A DNA stretch of 64,000 nt from NCBI GenBank assembly GCA_044223005.1, contig JBGAML010000018.1, forward strand, positions 1-64,000. Reading direction: 5' to 3'. Both the position numbers and the translations under genes were made by a program. The notes beneath the pieces were generated by a model. It made no database searches, was not told the origin of the DNA, and saw only the letters and a program-made list of their open reading frames with translations. Every line of letters begins with the position of its first letter. Position 1 is the first letter of the stretch. The DNA is from Candidatus Eiseniibacteriota bacterium (GTDB lineage Bacteria > Eisenbacteria > RBG-16-71-46). This document shows positions 7,788 through 16,450 of the stretch, piece after piece.

Positions 7788-8705
7788 ATGACCGTCTCCA
7801 CCCCGGCCAGTCCCGACGCGGGCCGACTGCGCACCTACGCCTCGTTCGTGCGCCTCGAGCACACGCTCTTCTCGTTGCCGCTCATCCTGGCGGGCGTCTT
7901 CAGCGCGCCCGGGCCGGCCATGGCGCCCCTGCGCTGGCTGCTGGTCGCGATCGCCGCGGTCGGCGCCCGCACCGCGGGCATGAGCCTGAACCGGCTGATC
8001 GACCGGCATGTCGACGCGCGCAATCCGCGCACGCGGGTGCGCGAGCTGCCGGCCGGCAAGATGAAGCTCGCCGAGGCGGTCGCGCTGCTGGTGGTCGCGA
8101 CGCTCGCCTACCTCGGTGCGTGCGCGCTGCTCGGGCCGTGGTATCTCGAGGTGGCGATCGTGCCGCTCGCCGTGTTCACGATCTATCCCTACCTCAAGCG
8201 CTTCACGCCCTTCTGCCACGCCGGCGTCGGCACCGCGCTCGCGCTCTCGCCGCTCGCCGGCTTCGCCGCCGCGCACCCGGACCTGCGGCACTCGGGCCCG
8301 GCGTTCGCGCTCGCGGCGTTCGCGCTCTTCTGGGTCGGCGGCTTCGACATCATCTACGCCACGCTCGACGAAGCCTCCGATCGCGCCAACGGCATCCACT
8401 CCGCGGTCGTGCGGCTCGGGCGCGAGCGCGCGCTGCGCGTCTCGTGGTGGCTGCACGTGGCGGCGATGGCGGCGCTCGCGGCCGCGGCGGCGGCGATCGT
8501 GCCCGCAGCCGCGCTGCGCACGAGCGGCGCGTGGCCGGCGCTGGCCGCGGCGCTCGCGTGCTTCGTCGCGGTGGTGGTGCTGCTCGTGCTCGAGCAGAAG
8601 TGGGCCGAGGACGTGAACCTCGCGTTCTTCAAGACCAATGTCTGGGTGGGCGCCGCGGTGCTCGCGATGGTGCTCGCCGCGCGCGTGGCGAGCGGAGGCT
8701 TCTGA
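7788..8705 (+). CDS. mqnP: UbiA-like polyprenyltransferase (futalosine pathway MqnP)
   Basis: EHTLFSLP, NRLIDRHVDARNPRT, YPYLKRFT, GFDIIYATLD; multi-TM. Confidence 0.9.
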   Translation: MTVSTPASPDAGRLRTYASFVRLEHTLFSLPLILAGVFSAPGPAMAPLRWLLVAIAAVGARTAGMSLNRLIDRHVDARNPRTRVRELPAGKMKLAEAVALLVVATLAYLGACALLGPWYLEVAIVPLAVFTIYPYLKRFTPFCHAGVGTALALSPLAGFAAAHPDLRHSGPAFALAAFALFWVGGFDIIYATLDEASDRANGIHSAVVRLGRERALRVSWWLHVAAMAALAAAAAAIVPAAALRTSGAWPALAAALACFVAVVVLLVLEQKWAEDVNLAFFKTNVWVGAAVLAMVLAARVASGGF

Positions 8706-9259
8706 TGGCGCGCTACCTGATCGGCATGACCGGCGCCTCGGGCGCGATCCACGGCGTGGACTTCGTGCGCCGATGCCCCGGCGAGAAGTACCTCGTGATG
8801 AGCGACTGGGGCCGCCACGTGCTGCACGCCGAGATGGCGATGGCGCCCTCGGACCTGGAGCCGCACGTACGCCGCATGTTGCGCGACGCCGATCTCGCCG
8901 CGCCGTTCTCGAGTGGCAGCAACCGCTACGACGCATTCGTGATCGTGCCGTGCAGTGTGAGCACGCTCGCCAAGATCGCCAACGGCATCGCCGACACGTT
9001 GATCACGCGAGCCGCGGCCGTCGCGCTCAAGGAGCGCATGCGGCTGGTGCTGTGCGTGCGCGAGACGCCGCTGTCCACGATCGCGCTTGAGAACATGACG
9101 CGGCTCTCGCGCGAGGGCGTCGTGATCATGCCGATCTCGCTGCCCTACTACCGCGGCACGCGCGACCTCGAGACGCTGGTCGGTGGCTTCACGAACAAGG
9201 TGCTCGCGCTGCTGGGCGAGCCCGCCGGCGACGGCTGGCGCGAGAGCGAGCTCGGATGA
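8705..9259 (+). CDS. ubiX: Flavin prenyltransferase UbiX
   Basis: GMTGASGAIHG, AAPFSSGS, PCSVSTLAKIANG, LKERxRLVLxxRETP. Confidence 0.93.
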   Translation: MARYLIGMTGASGAIHGVDFVRRCPGEKYLVMSDWGRHVLHAEMAMAPSDLEPHVRRMLRDADLAAPFSSGSNRYDAFVIVPCSVSTLAKIANGIADTLITRAAAVALKERMRLVLCVRETPLSTIALENMTRLSREGVVIMPISLPYYRGTRDLETLVGGFTNKVLALLGEPAGDGWRESELG

Positions 9260-11043
9260 GCTTCCGCACGCTGCGGGCGTTCCTCGACCACTGCGAGGAA
9301 CAGGGCGACCTGAAACGCATCACGCGCGAGGTGGACTGGCGCTGTGAGGTGACGGAGATCGCCTGCCGTGAAGCGAAGGCGGAAGGCCCCGCGCTGCTGT
9401 TCGAGAAGGTACGCGGCAGCCGCTTCCCGCTCGCGGTCAACGTGCTGTGCGCGAGCCGCCGAATCGAGTGGGCGATCGGCCGCACGCCGGCGAGCGTGGG
9501 CGCCGAGATCGAGGAGATCTTCCACGCGCTGCCGCCCAAACGGCTCGGCGACCTGTGGAAGCTGCGCGGCAGCGCCGGGCGCGTGCTCGCGAGCCGGCCG
9601 GCGCACGTCGAGCGCGGCCCCGCGCAGGAACGCGCGCTGGGCGCGAACCTCTCCGAGCTGCCGATCCTGCAGCTGTGGCCGAAGGACGGCGGGCGTTTCG
9701 TCACGTTCCCGCTCGTCTTCACCGAGGACCCCGACACGCACGCGCGCAACCTCGGCCTCTATCGCATTCACGTCTACGACGAGAAGACGACCGGCATGCA
9801 CTGGCAGATCGGCAAGGGCGGCGGCTTCCATTTCCACAAGGCCGAGACGCGCGGGGCACCGCTCGAAGTCGCGATCGCCGTCGGCGCCGACCCGGCCACG
9901 CTGCTCGCCGGCGTCGCACCGCTGCCCGAGGGCATCGACGAACTCGCGTTCGCCGGCTTCCTGCGCGGCGCGCCCACGCGGCTCGCGCGCGCGCGGACGC
10001 TGCGCATGAACGTGCCCGCCGACGCGGAGTTCGTGATCGAGGGCATCGTGCCCGCGGGCGAGCGCCGCACCGAGGGCCCGTTCGGCGATCACTTCGGCCA
10101 TTACTCGCACGCCGCGCCGTTCCCCGTGTTCCACGTGCGCGAGGTCACGCACCGCGCCATGCCCATCTTCCAGGCGAGCGTCGTCGGCAAGCCGCCGCAG
10201 GAGGACAAGTTCATGGGCGAGGCGGTGCAGGAGATGTTCACCGGCGTGCTCAAGGTGATCCATCCCGAGATCCGCGACCTGTGGGCGTACTTCGAGGCCG
10301 GCTTCCACAACCTGCTCGTCGTCGCGGTCGAGAACCGCTTCGCCCGCGAGGGCCGCAAGACCGCGCTCGGCCTGATGGGCACGGGGCAGCTCTCGCTCAC
10401 CAAGATGATCGTGCTCGTGGACGCCGACGTGAACCCGCGCGACCGCCGCGCGGTCTTCGAGGCCATCGCGAAGCACTTCGACCCCGCCGAGGACCTGCTG
10501 ATGATCCCCGGCATGCCGCTCGACACGCTCGACTTCACCAGCTTCACCATGAACCTCGGCAGCAAGATGGTGATCGACGCGCAGTCGCACGCGAAGCCCG
10601 TCGGCAGCTCGGGCAACTCGCCCGGCACGGGCGTGACGCCGTCGCCGCTGCTCGAGCAGGTGAGCGATCCGCGCGAGTTCCATCCCGCGATCCGCGCGCA
10701 CCGGCTCGCGTGGGGCGGCATGCTCGTGGTGCAGGTCGAGCGCGACGGCCGCGCGGTGGTCGAGACGCTCGTGCAGCGGCCCGAGCTCGCGGCGTGCAAG
10801 CTCATCGTGGCGGTGAGTCCCGACGTTCCGCTGGACGACGACGACCTGCTGCTCTGGGGCATCTTCACGCGCTTCGACTGCGCGCGCGACACGGTGCCCG
10901 CGAACGTCGAGTCGCGCGGCGCCTGGATCGCCTGCCGCGGCCCACTCGGGATCGACGCGACGTGGAAGGATGGCTACCCCGAGCCGGTCGCGACGCCGGC
11001 GGACGTGATCGCGAAGGTCGACGGCTGGTGGGGGAAGGAGTGA
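9256..11043 (+). CDS. ubiD: UbiD-family decarboxylase (menaquinone, MqnL-like)
   Basis: WPKDGGRF, NLGLYR, EGPFGDHFGHY, GKPPQED; translationally coupled to ubiX. Confidence 0.93.
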   Translation: MSFRTLRAFLDHCEEQGDLKRITREVDWRCEVTEIACREAKAEGPALLFEKVRGSRFPLAVNVLCASRRIEWAIGRTPASVGAEIEEIFHALPPKRLGDLWKLRGSAGRVLASRPAHVERGPAQERALGANLSELPILQLWPKDGGRFVTFPLVFTEDPDTHARNLGLYRIHVYDEKTTGMHWQIGKGGGFHFHKAETRGAPLEVAIAVGADPATLLAGVAPLPEGIDELAFAGFLRGAPTRLARARTLRMNVPADAEFVIEGIVPAGERRTEGPFGDHFGHYSHAAPFPVFHVREVTHRAMPIFQASVVGKPPQEDKFMGEAVQEMFTGVLKVIHPEIRDLWAYFEAGFHNLLVVAVENRFAREGRKTALGLMGTGQLSLTKMIVLVDADVNPRDRRAVFEAIAKHFDPAEDLLMIPGMPLDTLDFTSFTMNLGSKMVIDAQSHAKPVGSSGNSPGTGVTPSPLLEQVSDPREFHPAIRAHRLAWGGMLVVQVERDGRAVVETLVQRPELAACKLIVAVSPDVPLDDDDLLLWGIFTRFDCARDTVPANVESRGAWIACRGPLGIDATWKDGYPEPVATPADVIAKVDGWWGKE

Positions 11044-11549
11044 CGCGCCGCGGCGCCGCCGCCACGCTGCTCGCCCTCGCGCTGCTGCTCGGGTCCTGCG
11101 GCCCTCGCGACGTACAGACGCGCGACGTGCTCGTCGGGCGCTGGGACGGCCACGTCGCGTGGCGCGATGCCACGACACCGATCGGGCTCCACGTGGCGCC
11201 GCAGGCGGATTCGCTCGCGGTGTGGTTCTTCGCGCCGGCGCTCGGCGTGGATTCGCTGTTCGCGGGGCGGCTCTCGTACGCCTCCCCGCGCGTGCACTTC
11301 GAGGTGCCCGACTCGATCGGTCTCATCGGGTTCGACGGCTGGCTGCGGCGCGGCCTCGTGGTCGGCGTGTTCTCGAACACCGCGCTCGGCGAGACCAATC
11401 CGTCGCGCCTGCCGCAGCTCTCGCTGCAGCGGCGCGAAGCGCGAACGCATGCGCTGCCGTGGCCGGATTCTCTCCTCGCGTCGCCCGTGATCGCGCACGA
11501 GCCGCAACGAGGTCTCGGCGCCTGGCTGCTCGCGCGCCTGAACCCGTAA
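11040..11549 (+). CDS. Hypothetical lipoprotein
   Basis: GTG overlaps the ubiD stop; hydrophobic signal with lipobox LGSC; LVGRWDG. Confidence 0.65.
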   Translation: MTRRGAAATLLALALLLGSCGPRDVQTRDVLVGRWDGHVAWRDATTPIGLHVAPQADSLAVWFFAPALGVDSLFAGRLSYASPRVHFEVPDSIGLIGFDGWLRRGLVVGVFSNTALGETNPSRLPQLSLQRREARTHALPWPDSLLASPVIAHEPQRGLGAWLLARLNP

Positions 11550-11648
11550 TCGAGACTCGCTCCGCACGAGCGATTTCGCCGTCGACACCCGGCGTGGAAC
11601 CGGGCAGGGTCCGCACCGGAATGGCACGAGCGACCCGGAGACTGCCCG

Positions 11649-12449
11649 ATGACGCCTGCGACCGGTGACGCCTGGCGCGCGGGTGACGCGTACGAGGGCT
11701 ACATGGGCCGGTGGAGCCGCCTCGTGGCGGCGGAGTTCGTGCGCTGGCTCGCGCCGCCGCCCGGCGCGCACTGGCTCGAGCTCGGCTGCGGCACCGGCGC
11801 GTTGACCACGGCGATCCGCGACGCGTGCGAGCCCGCTTCGGTTCTCGCGTGCGATCCCTCGCCCGCGTTCGTCGAGCACGCCGCTCGAGCGTTCGACGAT
11901 CTGCGTGTCCGCATCCTGGTCGCCGGCGCGGACGCATTGCCGCGCCGGGACGGCGGCTTCGGCCTCGCGGTCTCGGGGCTCGTGTTCAACTTCCTGCCCG
12001 ATCCGGCGGCGACGCTCGCCGCGCTCCGCGCGCGCACGCGTCCGGCCAGCACGCTCGCGGGCTACGTCTGGGACTACGCGGACGGCATGGAGTTCCTGCG
12101 CCACTTCTGGGACGCGGCGGTCGCGCTCGATCCGGGCGCCGCGGCCTCCGACGAAGGCGCACGCTTCCCGCTCTGCCGCCGCGACGTGCTCGAATCGCTG
12201 TGGCGCGCCGCCGGACTCGTCGACGTCACGAGCACGGCGCTCGAAGTACCGACGCGCTTCGCGTCGTTCGACGACTACTGGGCGCCCTTCCTGCGGGGGA
12301 CCGGCCCGGCGCCCGCCTACGTCGAAGCGCTCGCGCCCGATGCGCGCGAAGCGCTCGCCGAACTCCTGCGCGCGCGGCTCGGCGCGGGGCCGGACGGCGC
12401 GATCGCGCTGCGGGCCCGCGCGTGGGCCGTGCGCGGCACGTCGGCCTGA
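11649..12449 (+). CDS. Class I SAM-dependent methyltransferase
   Basis: YEGYMGRWS, LELGCGTG, YVWDY. Confidence 0.9.
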   Translation: MTPATGDAWRAGDAYEGYMGRWSRLVAAEFVRWLAPPPGAHWLELGCGTGALTTAIRDACEPASVLACDPSPAFVEHAARAFDDLRVRILVAGADALPRRDGGFGLAVSGLVFNFLPDPAATLAALRARTRPASTLAGYVWDYADGMEFLRHFWDAAVALDPGAAASDEGARFPLCRRDVLESLWRAAGLVDVTSTALEVPTRFASFDDYWAPFLRGTGPAPAYVEALAPDAREALAELLRARLGAGPDGAIALRARAWAVRGTSA

Positions 12450-12537
12450 GCCTCGGCCGGTTCGCGGCGCGGCCCGGGGCCCGGGCCGTCGCGCGTGAAA
12501 TCTCCCGGCGGCTACCCGCATCCACAGGTGACCCGCC

Positions 12538-13041
12538 ATGGACACCCCGACGCCCCAGCGCAACTTCATCCTCCAGCAGGGCCTGCCCGAGCCCGCCGCC
12601 GCGGCGTGCCCGGCGCAGTACTCGGCGCTGCTCTTCCAGCCGCGCATCGTCGCGCTGGCCGTGCTCGCGGGCACGATCGCGAGCGCGTGGAGCGTGTTCG
12701 CGGTGCTGGCCGCCGTGCTGCTGGCGAGCGCGGCGTTCCCGCGGCTCAACCCGTTCGACGCCGCGTACAACGCGCTCTTCGCCGCGCGGAGCGGCCAGCG
12801 GCTCGGGCCCGCTCCCGCGCCACGACGCTTCGCGCAGCTGCTCGCGGGCTCGATCGCGACCGGGATCGTGGCGCTGATCCGATCCGGAAACGTCGTCGGA
12901 GCGCGAATCCTGGAAGGCGTCTTCCTGCTCGCGGTCGCGCTGCTGGTGTTCGGCGCCTTCTGCGCGGGTTCGTTCGTGTTCCACCTGCTCCGCGGGCGCT
13001 TCGACTTCGTCCGCCGCACGCTGCCCTGGGTTCGCGGCTGA
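12538..13041 (+). CDS. Membrane protein, DUF4395-like
   Basis: Four hydrophobic segments, PRRFAQ, FCAG motif. Confidence 0.7.
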   Translation: MDTPTPQRNFILQQGLPEPAAAACPAQYSALLFQPRIVALAVLAGTIASAWSVFAVLAAVLLASAAFPRLNPFDAAYNALFAARSGQRLGPAPAPRRFAQLLAGSIATGIVALIRSGNVVGARILEGVFLLAVALLVFGAFCAGSFVFHLLRGRFDFVRRTLPWVRG

Positions 13042-13103
13042 GCGCGCCTCGGCTCCGTCGCGCGCGCAGCCGCGAGACCTGAATCGTCCCGGAGACCACG
13101 CCC

Positions 13104-13532
13104 ATGCCTTCGTACCAGGTGACCCGGCGCATCGACGCGCCCGCCGCCGTCGTGTGGAGTCACCTCTCGGCGGTGACGACGTGGCCGCAGTGGCTCCCGA
13201 CCGTGACGGCCGTCACCGCGCGCGGAGATTCGGCGCTGCGTTTCGGCGCGCGCTTCGAGGTCCGGCAGCCGAAGCTGCAGCCGACCGTGTACGAGGTGAC
13301 GGTGCTCGAACCCGGCCACCGCTTCACGTGGGAGGCGAAACCCACGGGCGTCGCGCTGTGGGCCGACCACGTGGTCCGGGAGCTGGGCCCGAGCGCGTGC
13401 GACGTGACGCTGGCTTTCCGTTTCTCGGGCCCGCTCGCGGGGCTGGTGGCGCTGCTGGCCGGCTCGCTCACCCAGCGCTACATCGAGACCGAAGCCGCCG
13501 CGCTCGCGGCGCGCTCCGAAGCGCGCGGCTGA
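13104..13532 (+). CDS. SRPBCC/polyketide cyclase family protein
   Basis: IDAPAAVVW...WPQWLP, EPGHRFTW, FSGPLA. Confidence 0.88.
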   Translation: MPSYQVTRRIDAPAAVVWSHLSAVTTWPQWLPTVTAVTARGDSALRFGARFEVRQPKLQPTVYEVTVLEPGHRFTWEAKPTGVALWADHVVRELGPSACDVTLAFRFSGPLAGLVALLAGSLTQRYIETEAAALAARSEARG

Positions 13533-13600
13533 CGGCATTCCCCGCGGGCGCACCGACGGTTTTGCCCCGCGCCCGCGCGGCCGGTACCCTTTCCGGTCCC

Positions 13601-14422
13601 ATGGACTCCCGACAGGCATTCACGCATCTCTTCGGCGCGCCCCGCGCGCTGATCGGCATGATCCACGTGGGCGCGCTTCCCGGCACGCCCGCCGCGCACC
13701 ACTCGATCGACAAGCTCGTGCACGAGGCCGTGGCCGAGGCGCGCATCTATCGCGACGCGGGGTTCACGGCGCTCGCGATCGAGAACATGCACGACCGCCC
13801 CTACGTGAAGTCGCCCGCGGCGCCCGAGATCGTCGCGGCCATGACGGCGATCGGGCGCGAAGTGAAGCGCGAGACCGGCCTGCCGCTCGGCGTGCAGGTG
13901 CTGGCGGGTGCGAACCGCGAGGCGATCGCGGTGGCGCACGCGTGCGGCGCGGAGTTCGTGCGCGTCGAAGGCTTCGTGTTCGGCCATGTCGCCGACGAGG
14001 GGTACATCGATTCCTGCGCGGGCGAGCTGCTGCGCTACCGCCGCGCGATCGGCGCCGAGCGCGTCCGCGTGTTCGCCGACATCAAGAAGAAGCACAGCGC
14101 GCATGCGGTCACGGCCGACGTGTCGCTGGTCGAGACGGCGAAGGCGGCGGAGTTCTTCCTCGCCGACGGGCTCATCGTGACCGGCACCGCCACGGGCGAG
14201 CCCGCCGAAGCGGCCGACGTCGAGAGCGTCGCGAAGGCCGTGCGCACGCCGGTGCTCGTGGGCTCGGGGCTCTCGCCCGCGAACATCGCGCGCTACGCGG
14301 CGGCCGACGGCTTCATCGTGGGCTCGTCGGTCAAGCAGGGCGGCCTCTGGTCCAATCCGCTCGATCCCGCCGCGGTCGGCGCGGTCGCGAAGGCGTTCGC
14401 GGCGCTGGGCCCGCGCGCGTGA
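13601..14422 (+). CDS. BtpA/SgcQ family TIM-barrel protein
   Basis: IGMIHVGALPGTP, ENMHDRPY, ADIKKKHS, DGLIVTG, VGSG. Confidence 0.92.
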   Translation: MDSRQAFTHLFGAPRALIGMIHVGALPGTPAAHHSIDKLVHEAVAEARIYRDAGFTALAIENMHDRPYVKSPAAPEIVAAMTAIGREVKRETGLPLGVQVLAGANREAIAVAHACGAEFVRVEGFVFGHVADEGYIDSCAGELLRYRRAIGAERVRVFADIKKKHSAHAVTADVSLVETAKAAEFFLADGLIVTGTATGEPAEAADVESVAKAVRTPVLVGSGLSPANIARYAAADGFIVGSSVKQGGLWSNPLDPAAVGAVAKAFAALGPRA

Positions 14423-15330
14423 CGCCGGACCTCGTCCTGCTCGGCAACCTGCTCGTCGACGACCTCGTCTTCCCGGACGGGCGCACGCGCATGGGCCAGC
14501 CGGGCGGCGCGATGCTCTACGTCTCGCTCGCGAGCGCGCTCTGGGGCACGCGCACCGGTTGCGTGAGCCTGCGCGGCGACGACTACCCCGAGGACGCGCT
14601 GCAGCACCTCGCGCGCCGCGGCGTCGCGCTGGACGGCATCGTCCCGCTCGGCCGGCCCGGCGTGCGCACGTGGCTCCTCTACGAAGGCCGTGTGCGCCGC
14701 GTGGTGCACCGCCTCGGCGGGCCCACGCACGAGGAGGTCTCGCCCGAGCCGGCGCAGGTGCCCGACGCGTGGCGCGCCGCGCGCGCGTTCCACCTCGCGC
14801 CGATGCCGATCGCCGTGCACGAGCGGCAGGTCCGTGCGTTGGGCGCCGGTGGGGCGTTCGTCTCCGTGGATCCGCACGAGCTGGTGACCGAGGCGACGCT
14901 GCCGCGCTGGCGCGCGATCCTCGAGCACGCCGACGCGTTCTTCCCGAGCGAGGACGAGCTGCGGCTGGACGACGCGCAGACCGATCCGCACGCGGCGCTC
15001 CGGCGGCTCGCGGGCGGGAGGCTCCGGTACGTCGCGTACAAGCGCGGCCTGAAGGGCGGCATCCTGTACGACGTGCGCGCCGACCGCTTCCACGAGTGGC
15101 CCGCGCGCACCCACGGCGTGATCGATCCCACCGGCGCGGGCGATGCGTTCGCGGCCGGATTCCTGACCGCGACGCTGGAGGGCCAGCCGGTCGATGCGGC
15201 CCTGCGGCGCGGCGTGGTGAGCGCGAGCTTCGCGATCGAGGCGTGGGGACCGGTGTCGCTGCTCGAAGCGACGCGAGCCGACGCCGAGACGCGCATGCGC
15301 GAGTGGTTTGGCGAGGAGGCGAAGGCGTGA
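14419..15330 (+). CDS. PfkB-family carbohydrate/nucleoside kinase
   Basis: PGGAMLY, DPTGAGDAFAAGF signature; GTG overlaps the upstream stop. Confidence 0.9.
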   Translation: MTPDLVLLGNLLVDDLVFPDGRTRMGQPGGAMLYVSLASALWGTRTGCVSLRGDDYPEDALQHLARRGVALDGIVPLGRPGVRTWLLYEGRVRRVVHRLGGPTHEEVSPEPAQVPDAWRAARAFHLAPMPIAVHERQVRALGAGGAFVSVDPHELVTEATLPRWRAILEHADAFFPSEDELRLDDAQTDPHAALRRLAGGRLRYVAYKRGLKGGILYDVRADRFHEWPARTHGVIDPTGAGDAFAAGFLTATLEGQPVDAALRRGVVSASFAIEAWGPVSLLEATRADAETRMREWFGEEAKA

Positions 15331-16238
15331 ACGAGCGATTCGTGTTCGCGGATGCGGTGGCGCGCGCACTGGCGGGGAACCGCCCCGTGGTCGCGCTCGA
15401 GACGACGGTGGTGACGCACGGGCTCCCGCATCCCGAGGGCGTGGCGGCGGCGCTGGCGCTCGAGGCCGAGGTGACGAACGCGGGCGCGGTGCCCGCGACG
15501 ATCGGCGTCTCGGGCGGCGCGGTGCGCGTGGGACTGACGCGCGACGAACTGGAGGCGCTGGCCACCGCGCCCGGCGTGGCCAAGCTCAACCTCAGCAACT
15601 TCGCGGCGGTGCTCGCCTCCGGCGCCGCGGGTTCGACCACCGTCGCCGCGACCATGTTCGCGGCGCAGCACGCGGGCATCCGCGTGTTCGCCACGGGCGG
15701 CGTCGGCGGCGTGCACCGCGACGCGAACGAGAGCGGCGACGAGAGCGCCGACCTGACCGCGCTCGCGCGCATCCCCGTGGCCGTCGTGTGCGCGGGCGCC
15801 AAGGCGATCCTCGACCTGCCGCGCACCGTCGAGCGGCTCGAGACGCTCGGCGTGCCGGTGTATGGGCTTCGCACTTCGGAGTTCCCCGCGTTCTACCGCC
15901 GCGAGAGCGGCCTGCCGGTCGACCAGCGTTTCGAGAGCGTGGAATCGCTCGCGGCGGCCGTGCGCGCGCACTTCGCGCTCGGCATGGGCACCGGCGTTCT
16001 GGTCGCGAACCCGATTCCCGAAGCGGATGCGATGCCGCGCGAGCTCTACGAGCGCGCGCTCGGCGAGGCGCTCGCGGCGGCGAAGCGCGAGAACGTGCGC
16101 GGCCGAGCGGTGACGCCGTTCCTGCTCGAAGCCATGCGCAACATCACCGGTGGCGAGAGCGTGCGCGCGAACCTCGCGCTCCTGAAGAACAACGCGCGCG
16201 TCGCCGCCCAGCTCGCAACGGCGCTCGCGAACGCCTAG
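15327..16238 (+). CDS. psuG: Pseudouridine-5'-phosphate glycosidase
   Basis: VVALETTVVTHGLPHP, GSTTVAATM, FATGGVGGVHR, SADL, AGAKAILD, VTPFLL. Confidence 0.95.
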   Translation: MNERFVFADAVARALAGNRPVVALETTVVTHGLPHPEGVAAALALEAEVTNAGAVPATIGVSGGAVRVGLTRDELEALATAPGVAKLNLSNFAAVLASGAAGSTTVAATMFAAQHAGIRVFATGGVGGVHRDANESGDESADLTALARIPVAVVCAGAKAILDLPRTVERLETLGVPVYGLRTSEFPAFYRRESGLPVDQRFESVESLAAAVRAHFALGMGTGVLVANPIPEADAMPRELYERALGEALAAAKRENVRGRAVTPFLLEAMRNITGGESVRANLALLKNNARVAAQLATALANA

Positions 16239-16450
16239 CGGACGCGCCCGGCCCGGCACTGGTCGGGCCGGGGCCCGCGCTCGTCGCGGGCCGTTGTGGA
16301 GATCGCGGGTCCGCGCGGACACTGGGCAACCGGATCGGCGCCCTCGTCGTAGGGGAAGTGCGAGGCGTACCCGCAGGTCGACCCGTGCCGCACGGCGATC
16401 CGCCCCTCGCGCCGCCCGAATCCCAGACCGGATCCACCCCGGAGCCCCGC

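Noticed and set aside
1346..9259. Long plus-strand ORFs 1346-4153, 5230-7035 and the N-terminal 668 aa of 6701-9259
   Set aside because: Antisense or off-frame to the TBDR, leader and mqnP genes. Only 8705-9259 (ubiX) is real.
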